DNA of 64,000 nucleotides from Candidatus Saccharimonadota bacterium (GTDB lineage Bacteria > Patescibacteriota > Saccharimonadia > Saccharimonadales > Saccharimonadaceae): positions 13,943-77,942 of the forward strand of contig JAFWCN010000001.1 in the NCBI GenBank assembly GCA_017536895.1. The letters run 5' to 3'. The notes beneath the pieces were generated by a model. That model ran no database searches. It was not told the origin of the DNA and saw only the letters and a program-made list of their open reading frames with translations. Position numbers and translations under genes: made by a program. Below are positions 48,473-56,375 of the stretch, piece after piece. Position 1 is the stretch's first letter, and each line of letters starts with the position of its first letter.

Positions 48473-49321
48473 ATGAAACAAAGAATTCGTGTTGTAGGAT
48501 TAATTAAAAATGAGGATGGGGTCTTAGTTTTTAAACGCAACCGGGGCCGTAGTGAGTCGCCGGTTTTTTGGGAGCTTCCTACTGGGAAGATTAAGTTTGG
48601 CGAACAACCCGAAGAAGCAATGGCCCGCTCTCTATCTGAGTATACCGGTCTTACCGCTACATCGCTTAAGCTAAAGGATGTTATCACTTTTCTCGCCCCT
48701 GAAGGTTCTAGTCAGCTTAGTAATCTTTATATTGTCTATGAACTAGGTATTGATAACGGGGTGAAACCTAACCCCAGGGATCGCTACACCGCTTATAAGT
48801 TTATCAAAGACTTCAATAACTCTAATGTCAAACTAAATGAAACCACAATGTCAGTCATAGAGATTGAGGAAGGCAAAGTAGCCTCAAATCGAGTTTCCTC
48901 TCGGGATACTGCCAATTCCGTTACTATTAATGTGGATGGCGCTTCTCGTGGTAACCCTGGCCCCTCTGGCATTGGTTATTGTATCCACGACGAAGCGGGT
49001 AAAATCATCGAAAAAGGCGGCGAGTTTATTGGCTTTGCTACCTCTCGTCTTGCCGAGTATCATGCCATGCGAAAGGGAATTGAACGCGCTATCGAGTTGG
49101 GCTACAAAACTGCGCGCTTTATCTCTGATAGCCTAATGGTAGTCAACCAATTAAACGGTATTTTTAGTGTAAAAAACCAAGACATTATTTCAATTTACAA
49201 CGATATTGAGTCTAAACTTGATTACTTCGATGCCGTTTCGTTTACTCATGTACCGCGTTCTCAGAACGCTATCGCTGATTCCGAAGCCAACGCTGCCATC
49301 GACAAACTATTGCGAAAATAA
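48473..49321 (+). CDS. rnhA: NUDIX-like / RNase HI fusion protein
   Basis: WELPTG..E..ARSLSEYTGL; VDGASRGNPG, AEY, ISDS, NAIAD. Confidence 0.85.
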   Translation: MKQRIRVVGLIKNEDGVLVFKRNRGRSESPVFWELPTGKIKFGEQPEEAMARSLSEYTGLTATSLKLKDVITFLAPEGSSQLSNLYIVYELGIDNGVKPNPRDRYTAYKFIKDFNNSNVKLNETTMSVIEIEEGKVASNRVSSRDTANSVTINVDGASRGNPGPSGIGYCIHDEAGKIIEKGGEFIGFATSRLAEYHAMRKGIERAIELGYKTARFISDSLMVVNQLNGIFSVKNQDIISIYNDIESKLDYFDAVSFTHVPRSQNAIADSEANAAIDKLLRK

Positions 49322-49344
49322 GATAATTATTGTATAATAATAAT

Positions 49345-49857
49345 ATGTTATCAGTAAAAAAACCATACCCAATATTAAATTCTACTGAATATGTTGATAT
49401 CGCAGGTATCAAGAACATCCCCGCCAAAATAGATACCGGCGCGGATTCTTCTGCTGTTTGGGTTTCAGGTCTCAAAATGGAGTCAGATAAAAAACTGTCG
49501 TTTACTCTATTCGGCCCCAGCTCTCCCTTTTATACCGGAGAACGTCTTTTTATAGACAAATACACTGTCAAGACCATTCGATCTTCACACGGTGATGAGC
49601 AAGTTCGCTATCAAGTTAAACTAGAAATCGTTCTAGGTGGCCAAAGGTTTGCCACTGCTTTTACCTTAGCGGACCGTTCTCAAAACAATTTCCCAGTCCT
49701 CATTGGTCGCCGCACCATGAAAAACCGGTTCTTAGTCGATGTTTCTGAATCCCCAGTCAAACGACAGAAAAACCCAAGAACCCCTAAACTAAAACAAGAA
49801 TTAGAGCAAGACCCTCATAAGTTTCATCAAAAATACATCGAAAGGAGTAAAAAATGA
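49345..49857 (+). CDS. RimK-associated retropepsin-like aspartyl protease
   Basis: AKIDTGADSS, LADRS, VLIGRR. Confidence 0.85.
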   Translation: MLSVKKPYPILNSTEYVDIAGIKNIPAKIDTGADSSAVWVSGLKMESDKKLSFTLFGPSSPFYTGERLFIDKYTVKTIRSSHGDEQVRYQVKLEIVLGGQRFATAFTLADRSQNNFPVLIGRRTMKNRFLVDVSESPVKRQKNPRTPKLKQELEQDPHKFHQKYIERSKK

Positions 49858-50762
49858 AAATAGCGATACTATCAAATGGCCCAGGGAACTACTCCACCAA
49901 GCGTTTGGTCGAAGAAGCCAAAAAGCGCGGCCACAAAGTCGAAGTTATTAAATATAAAAATTGCTACCTTGCCCTTGATGACAAACATCCAGATGTTTAT
50001 TACGACGGTAAAAAACTTAAGGGGTATGATGCGATATTACCTCGTATCTCGAATAGCATGACTCGTTACGGCTGTGCCGTAGTTCGCCAGTTTGAGATGC
50101 AAGGAATCTATACGGTGTCTTCATCGGTGGCAATCACTCGTTCCAGAGACAAACTTCGCGCTGCTCAAATTCTCGCCAAATATGATGTAGACACTCCTAA
50201 AACCCTCGTTTCGCGCAACACTTCTGATATTGATGATTTGCTAGAACAGATTGGGCTCCCAGTTATCATTAAACTTGCGAGAGGTACCCATGGAAACGGT
50301 GTGATTTTAGCCGACACTCGTAAAGCAGCTAAATCCGCTCTCCAGGCTTTTTACCTATATAATGAAGATGGGACTAACATCTTATTGCAGGAATACATTA
50401 AAGAATCTGCTGGTACCGATATTCGTGCTTTTGTGGTAGGGAACCAGGTCGTTGCCTCTATGAAACGAGCCTCTCTCGATGACGATTTCCGTTCTAATCT
50501 TCATCAAGGAGGAGAAGGTACCCCTGTTAAACTTACGCCCGAAGAAAAGAAAACCGCTCTTAAAGCTGCTCGCGCCATGGGGCTTCACGTCTGCGGCGTC
50601 GATCTTATGCGATCAGAACGTGGGCCACTTGTACTAGAGGTAAATGCTTCGCCTGGCTTTGGTATTGAGAAGGTCACTGGTCGCGATGTTGCTTCCAAGA
50701 TTATCGAATATGTTGAGCATAATGCCAAGCGCCGTCATCACAAAGATAAAATTGGCGCCTAA
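49854..50762 (+). CDS. rimK: RimK family alpha-L-glutamate ligase (ATP-grasp)
   Basis: RSRDKL, GTHGNGV, QEYIKE..DIR, FRSNLHQGG, GVDL, LEVNASPG. Confidence 0.92.
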   Translation: MKIAILSNGPGNYSTKRLVEEAKKRGHKVEVIKYKNCYLALDDKHPDVYYDGKKLKGYDAILPRISNSMTRYGCAVVRQFEMQGIYTVSSSVAITRSRDKLRAAQILAKYDVDTPKTLVSRNTSDIDDLLEQIGLPVIIKLARGTHGNGVILADTRKAAKSALQAFYLYNEDGTNILLQEYIKESAGTDIRAFVVGNQVVASMKRASLDDDFRSNLHQGGEGTPVKLTPEEKKTALKAARAMGLHVCGVDLMRSERGPLVLEVNASPGFGIEKVTGRDVASKIIEYVEHNAKRRHHKDKIGA

Positions 50763-50779
50763 TATGGTATAATAAAGGG

Positions 50780-51109
50780 GAGCCTGAAAAGGCAACCGCT
50801 TTTTAAAAGAGGAAAGTCCGGGCAACATAGAGCAAGGTAGTCGCTAACGGCGACCGTCCGTAAGGATAGGGAAAGTACCACAGAAACTAAACCGCCGGCT
50901 CGCCGGTAAGGGTGAAAAGAGCGGGGTAAGAGCCCACAGCAGGCTATAGCGATGTAGTCTGGAGGCAAACCCTACCTGTTGCAAGGAGTGCTATTAGCCT
51001 CTGCTCGAGGACGCACGCTTACCGCTAGAGCGTTATAGCAATGTAGCGCCAAGATAGATGGTTGCCAGTCTCGCTTGCGAGACTACAGAACCCGGCTTAT
51101 CACCGGCTC
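50780..51109 (+). ncRNA. rnpB: RNase P RNA
   Basis: GAGGAAAGTCCGGGC, GAAAGTACCACAGAAA, GGGTAAGAGC, ACAGAACCCGGCTTA universal motifs. Confidence 0.95.
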
Positions 51110-51115
51110 ATTATC

Positions 51116-51150
51116 AAAAACCCACCGTTTCAAGCGGTGGGTTTTTGTTT
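51116..51150. terminator. Bidirectional intrinsic terminator
   Basis: AAAAACCCACCG-TTTCAAG-CGGTGGGTTTTT. Confidence 0.8.
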
Positions 51151-51163
51151 TAAACAAATTAAA

Positions 51164-51391
51164 TTATTTGTTCGCTTTTTTCTCTAGTTTGGCTTTTGGT
51201 GATTCAATCAAACCTTTCTTTTTCAAAGTTCGAAGTGCCGAAGTAGAAACATTGCATTTTACTTTCTGACCATTGATAATCAAAGTCCTTTTCGATACGT
51301 TTGGCTTAAACACCTTACGAGTATGGCGTTGCGAGAAAGATACGTTGTGGCCATACATCTTGCCTTTGCCGGTAATTTCACAAATCGCCAT
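51164..51391 (-). CDS. rpmB: 50S ribosomal protein L28
   Basis: CEITGK..GHNVSFS..TRKVFKPN. Confidence 0.93.
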   Translation of the reverse strand: MAICEITGKGKMYGHNVSFSQRHTRKVFKPNVSKRTLIINGQKVKCNVSTSALRTLKKKGLIESPKAKLEKKANK

Positions 51392-51392
51392 C

Positions 51393-51740
51393 TTATTTCT
51401 CCTTTATTGTATTAACAATTTTCTTGAACGCCTCAGGATTATTTACTGCAAGATCAGCTAGAACCTTACGGTCAAGGTTGATGTTTTTAGCTTTCATCCC
51501 TGCAATTAATTGTGAATAGGAAACACCAAGTTCTCTTGAAGCATTATTGATACGAGTAATCCAAAGGGAACGAAGGTCGCGCTTGCGATTGCGACGATCC
51601 CTATAGCTGTAGGAAAGAGCCTTGATTACGCCCTGCTTACCTAAGCGGTAACTGCGACGGCGATAGTGCTGCATCCCCTTGGTCTTATTTAATAGTTTCT
51701 TGTGTTTCGCGTGTGCCGCGACTCCTCTTTTAACTCTCAT
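51393..51740 (-). CDS. rplT: 50S ribosomal protein L20
   Basis: MRVKRG..RDRRNRKRDLRSLWITRINNA..DRKVLADLA. Confidence 0.96.
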   Translation of the reverse strand: MRVKRGVAAHAKHKKLLNKTKGMQHYRRRSYRLGKQGVIKALSYSYRDRRNRKRDLRSLWITRINNASRELGVSYSQLIAGMKAKNINLDRKVLADLAVNNPEAFKKIVNTIKEK

Positions 51741-51742
51741 AA

Positions 51743-51937
51743 TTAAACCCCCAATGATTTCTTAATGTTTTTAGCAATTTTACCGTCAATTGTCGCAGCA
51801 GTTTTCATGTTGCGTTTTCTGGCTTTAGATTTTTTGGCGAGGATGTGGTTGCCGAAAGCTCTCTCTCGTACCAATTTTCCCGAACCGGTCACCTTGATTC
51901 TTTTCGCGGTGCCTTTATGCGTCTTCATTTTTGGCAT
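51743..51937 (-). CDS. rpmI: 50S ribosomal protein L35
   Basis: [21 protein letters not shown]. Confidence 0.96.
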   Translation of the reverse strand: MPKMKTHKGTAKRIKVTGSGKLVRERAFGNHILAKKSKARKRNMKTAATIDGKIAKNIKKSLGV

Positions 51938-52009
51938 AATAGTTTTCCTTTTATTAATAGTTAATATTGTCCCCCAAAAGTACAATCAGAAGGCCTAGAA
52001 AGTAGGAAA

Positions 52010-52528
52010 TTACTTTTTTCGTACCTGGACTGATAGGTTACGTCCGCTCATTTGTGGTTTGCCTTCAACGACGATATCCTCACCGAGAAGGGAAATAACT
52101 TTATCTAGAAGTTCGTTTCCAATCTCCTTATGAGCCATTTCGCGACCCCTAAAGATAATCATTACCTTCACGCGGTCACCGTCATCTAGGAAAGTGCGCA
52201 TTTTACGGACTTTGATGTTAAGGTCGTTGTCGGAAATCTTGAGGCCAATCTTCATTTGTTTCAGCTCGGCTTGTTTCTCGCGAGCTTTCTTCCGATTTCT
52301 TGCCTCTTCCTTCATCTTTTGGTATTGGTATTTACCCCAATCGATGATTTTCACGACCGGTGGATTGGCATTAGCAGCAATTTCTACTAAATCCACTCCC
52401 TGTTCATTCGCCAGAAGTTGAGCCTCGCGACTAGACATAATGCCTAGTTGCTCCCCATTAGAACCGATGACGCGGACCTCGGCATAACGAATCTCTCCGT
52501 TCAACTTAGTCCGTGATTGCTTTTTGAT
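52010..52528 (-). CDS. infC: Translation initiation factor IF-3 (probable ATC start)
   Basis: NGEIRYAEVRVI, PPVVKIIDWGKY, KVMIIFRGRE; SD AGGA 5 nt before ATC. Confidence 0.93.
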   Translation of the reverse strand: MKKQSRTKLNGEIRYAEVRVIGSNGEQLGIMSSREAQLLANEQGVDLVEIAANANPPVVKIIDWGKYQYQKMKEEARNRKKAREKQAELKQMKIGLKISDNDLNIKVRKMRTFLDDGDRVKVMIIFRGREMAHKEIGNELLDKVISLLGEDIVVEGKPQMSGRNLSVQVRKK

Positions 52529-52572
52529 GATAGTCCTTTCTTCTCTTGAATTAAACTGATAACCATTATACC

Positions 52573-54087
52573 TCACCGCCTCCGAAAAGTCAACGCTTCG
52601 GCGAGATGTTTTGCCAGAATTAAATCAGAAGCATCTAGGTCAGCAATCGTCTGTGCGACTTTGATAGTTTTAAAATATGAACGAGCCGACAAATTTAATT
52701 GTTCAGATGCCTGAGCCAGTAGCTTTTCTGCTGCTGGTTCTAACTTTAATATTTGCGAAACTTCAAATGACGAAAGGGAACTGTTATACATTCCATCCCT
52801 GCCGTATCGTGCTTTTTGGCGCGCGATTGCCTCTGTTATAGTATTTTTTACAACATTATGCTCATGGCTACCATCAGACAAAACCCCTCTTAAATCTTTA
52901 TTCTCCACCTTCTCGACCACCACATTCATATCTATGCGGTCAAATAGCGGCCCCGAGAGTTTCTTCCGGTAGTTTTGAATTTGTGTCTCTGTACATTTGC
53001 ATTCGTGCGTTGGGTCGCCCAGGTACCCACAAGGACAGGGGTTCATGGTAGCGACTAGCATAAAATCCGCCGGATAATTAGATTTTCGGTTTGCCCGCGA
53101 CACCGAAATTACCTTATCTTCCAGTGGTTGCCTCAAAGCTTCTAACACTGGCCGTTGAAACTCTGGTATTTCATCTAGAAACAGTATCCCCTTATGCGCC
53201 AAGGAAATCTCCCCCGGTATCGCCATTGCTCCGCCACCGATAACCGAAATTGCACTTGCCGTATGATGAGGGTTACGAAATGGCCGCCTCTCTATAATTT
53301 CATCTGTCGCTAGTCCTGCTATCGAGTAGAGTTTTGTGATGTCAATTTTTTCTTCCTTCGTTAATTCTGGTAGTAGATTAGCCGCCGCTTTGGCAAGCAA
53401 GGTTTTACCTGCCCCTGGTGGCCCTGAAATCAAAATATTATGGTGTCCAGCAATTGCGATTTCCATCGCTCGTTTTGCCATTTGTTGCCCGCGTATATGA
53501 TCCAGAATTGGCCCAGAAAGGCTATTATTAGCCTCCTCAGGCGCCTTTTCTACTTCACTCGCCATTGGTAAGATCAGCTGGCCTTTTAATGCTAAGAACA
53601 GCTCCTGCAACGTCGCTACACCGTAAACATTGACACCTGATACTAGCGTCGCTTGAGAAAGGTTTCTCAAGGGCACATATATCTCCCCGTAGCCAGCTTC
53701 CTTTGCCGTTTCAACGATGTTAATAATGCCTCTTATCGGCTTTACCTCACCATCTAGTGACAGCTCGCCCACAAAAGCTTTCCCCCTGGTATCGCTTCTG
53801 AGCAACTGGCCAGAGAGCACCAACACCGATAACGCAATCGGTAAATCTAAGTACGATCCATCCTTCGGCAAATCTGCCGGCGCCAAATTGATTGTTACTT
53901 TTTTGTCAGGGAAGGAAAACTCCGAATTCACGATTGCACTACGCACTCGCTCTTTCGCTTCGCTGATAGTTTTGTTTGCCATCCCGACAATGTTAAAAGC
54001 TGGTAATCCTCGATTCATATCACCTTCGACTTCGACCAGCTTACCCTCAAAGCCGTAAGGCACCACCGCATGTATTTTGCTTATCAT
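52573..54087 (-). CDS. comM: ComM/YifB Mg-chelatase-like AAA+ ATPase
   Basis: VTINLAPADLPK, GELSLDG, GPPGAGKT, PFRNPHH, FLDE, NPCPCG, SGPLFDRID. Confidence 0.93.
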   Translation of the reverse strand: MISKIHAVVPYGFEGKLVEVEGDMNRGLPAFNIVGMANKTISEAKERVRSAIVNSEFSFPDKKVTINLAPADLPKDGSYLDLPIALSVLVLSGQLLRSDTRGKAFVGELSLDGEVKPIRGIINIVETAKEAGYGEIYVPLRNLSQATLVSGVNVYGVATLQELFLALKGQLILPMASEVEKAPEEANNSLSGPILDHIRGQQMAKRAMEIAIAGHHNILISGPPGAGKTLLAKAAANLLPELTKEEKIDITKLYSIAGLATDEIIERRPFRNPHHTASAISVIGGGAMAIPGEISLAHKGILFLDEIPEFQRPVLEALRQPLEDKVISVSRANRKSNYPADFMLVATMNPCPCGYLGDPTHECKCTETQIQNYRKKLSGPLFDRIDMNVVVEKVENKDLRGVLSDGSHEHNVVKNTITEAIARQKARYGRDGMYNSSLSSFEVSQILKLEPAAEKLLAQASEQLNLSARSYFKTIKVAQTIADLDASDLILAKHLAEALTFRRR

Positions 54088-54421
54088 GCGGCGACACTAA
54101 CACGACTTTTCAGAATTTACAACCCCCCACATTAAAATGCATTTATGTAGCACCTCAAAAACAACGATTGTTGTTAAGAGAGCATTAAATAACTTGTGGA
54201 AAACTCCGCCAAAAAAATACAAAAATTGTTCAAAAAATATATTGACATTAGCATTTTTTTGCGTTATTATAGAGGTAGCTTCTGAATAAAAAAATTATAC
54301 AGAAGGTCAAAACAAAAATATAGCCAAAATAACTCCACACTCTACAAATAAGACCGGTTTTCCTCGCAGTTACCGGTCTTATTCTTTTGTTGAAGTTATA
54401 TTTAGTTCATATAAACGGGAT

Positions 54422-54530
54422 AATTTCATAAATAAAATCCGTCAGATTGGTGGTTTCTTCGAGTGAAGCGCTATTATTGATAGAGCGAACGAGAAAAACC
54501 GCCAAAATGGCGGATTTTATTATGAAATTT
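54422..54530. repeat. Palindromic element abutting the tmRNA 3' end
   Basis: AATTTCATA..AAAATCCG / CGGATTTT..TATGAAATT; shares GATTGGTGGTTT, GTGAAGCGCTA and AAAAACCGCCAA with 38015-38120. Confidence 0.85.
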
Positions 54531-54882
54531 GGTGGAGCTGCCGGATACTGCCTCCGGGTCCGAAATACCACCTGGTTACAATTCTACGTACATAGTTTTC
54601 TGTTTCATCTTGGCAAATATCATCAGCTGCAGAAAACGAAACTGACAAAAGCCATGGCTATTTTTCGTGTCATTTTTCGCCAATCAAACGACCTTAATCC
54701 CGTTGTATGATAATTCCAGCCCTACGGAATCTCAAGCTGAAACCAGCCTAGAAATAATTAGGCATAAGCCGGCATGTAAGCTACATGCGCGGTTGTTGCT
54801 TTTTTAGCATTTATTAATACTTACGGTATTCAATCGGTACGCCTTGTAACTGTTAATATCCCGTCTAAGCTTGATCAGCCCC
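54530..54882 (-). ncRNA. ssrA: tmRNA; predicted tag (A)AKKATTAHVAYMPAYA
   Basis: 5' GGGGCTGAT..TTAGACGGG; 3' CCGGCAGCTCCACCA; internal ORF after ATAAAT ending AYA-stop. Confidence 0.92.
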
Positions 54883-54979
54883 AACTGTTGTTAATTTTAC
54901 CATAACAGCTAAAATAATACAATAGGATCCGATCTATTTCGCACTAGAAGTAACAACAGAATTAATCCGAATTGGCTTA

Positions 54980-55058
54980 TTGTTGTAAATATTACAACAA
55001 AATGAACAATAAATTAGAACAGGGAAGAATTGAGATAACTGTTGTAAATATTACATCA
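54980..55058. promoter_or_regulatory. Tandem palindromic operator-like sites
   Basis: TTGTTGTAA-ATA-TTACAACAA at 54980-55000 and TGTTGTAAATATTACA at 55040-55055. Confidence 0.55.
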
Positions 55059-55476
55059 ATAAAATTGAACAAATCTCTTGCTTTTTTATTCCTTTTATGC
55101 TAAGCTAAAACTAGTCGAGATGACTAAACAAAAACTAAATACAAAAAGGCAAATTAACAAAATGAAAAAGGAAAAAACGTAAATTTTGGCGGGCGAAAAG
55201 GTAATTTCTAGCCATAAATTACAACCAGGAATTACCTAGAGCTCCGCTAAAAGCGTAGAGCGCATTGTCAAATCTCTTATTAGCACCTTCTTTAAGCATA
55301 AACAAGAGTAAGAGAAAAAAGGCAGTAAGGACACATGCTTCACCTAGCGTGAAGCGGTCAAAAAAGGGAAGGCGGATCAGGGCTCAGGTCAATAGTTAAG
55401 ATTTTAGGTACCCGATAGCCCCCGCCCCCTTCCAAAAATACTTGGGGGATTCAACCAGTTATGATACAATAAGGTT

Positions 55477-55830
55477 ATGAAACATAACCGTATTACACTC
55501 AGCTTAGGCATTATCGGACTCGCAGCTTTAATCCTCATGCTAAATTTTCTATCTCCGTCGGACATCGGACCGTTAGGGGTTTTATTATTTTTTACAACAG
55601 TCTATGTAACCATCTTTGGCTTCATCACATTCTTGATGGAGTCTTTTTTAAAAATCGCTTTCCGTCGCGAAAAGATGAGCAATAAAGACTATCTCTATTC
55701 AGCCGTGCTGTCGTTTGGACCGATTATGTTCCTAATGGCCAGGTCATTTGGCGCAATTTCTCTCTGGACCACCGCACTTATCATTATTTTTCTATTTTTA
55801 GCAGAATTTTTAGTCAAAAAACGAATATAG
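55477..55830 (+). CDS. Four-helix membrane hypothetical protein
   Basis: Hydrophobic 117-aa ORF, leaderless-type promoter. Confidence 0.7.
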   Translation: MKHNRITLSLGIIGLAALILMLNFLSPSDIGPLGVLLFFTTVYVTIFGFITFLMESFLKIAFRREKMSNKDYLYSAVLSFGPIMFLMARSFGAISLWTTALIIIFLFLAEFLVKKRI

Positions 55831-55847
55831 TGTGATAAAATAAGCAT

Positions 55848-56375
55848 ATGGACAATGGTCATGCAAATCCACCAGATAACTTATTGAAATTTCCAACTCC
55901 AAATAATGGAGAGTCAAACGACAATCTAGATCTCAGCAATCCGGAAACCAGTTGGGACCAGCCGATTCCTACAGAACATGACAAGAAGGCTATTGGTAGC
56001 TCCGCGCTCAACCCAGTTGAATTATCGATGCCACCCTCTACTCAAGAAATTACTCCACCTCTTGGCGAAATCACCGAACATAGCCTCCAACCAGAAGCTG
56101 CCCCGAAGATATATCAACTCTCATCAGACCAAAATAATATGAATAAGGAATCGGACACCAACATCATCGAAGAGGCCATCTCTTCCAGCTTGGAATCAGT
56201 CAAAACTACAGACAGGTTATCCGAGGAAAGCGTCAAGGCTACCGATGATTTTATCAATAAATTCGAAAAAGGCGAAATTGAATTGTCAGACTTCTATGAT
56301 AGCTCTAGAGATGCCATGGAAAACAATCTCAATAACTCCTACAACAGAAAACTAGGAGAGAAAGAGGCAGCATAA
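55848..56375 (+). CDS. Acidic, partly disordered hypothetical protein
   Basis: Clean ORF coupled (TAATG) to the next gene. Confidence 0.7.
   Translation: MDNGHANPPDNLLKFPTPNNGESNDNLDLSNPETSWDQPIPTEHDKKAIGSSALNPVELSMPPSTQEITPPLGEITEHSLQPEAAPKIYQLSSDQNNMNKESDTNIIEEAISSSLESVKTTDRLSEESVKATDDFINKFEKGEIELSDFYDSSRDAMENNLNNSYNRKLGEKEAA

Noticed and set aside
50759-50968. 69-aa minus-strand ORF
   Set aside because: Antisense to RNase P RNA
52528-52576. infC start at TTG/ATG 52576 overlapping comM
   Set aside because: An SD-led ATC fits the well-known non-AUG autoregulatory start of infC; expected rather than novel
54180-54240. Possible oriC (TGTGGAAAA resembles a DnaA box)
   Set aside because: Single imperfect match, no box cluster and no dnaA in the window
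54447-54710. 87-aa plus-strand ORF
   Set aside because: Antisense to tmRNA and its trailing element
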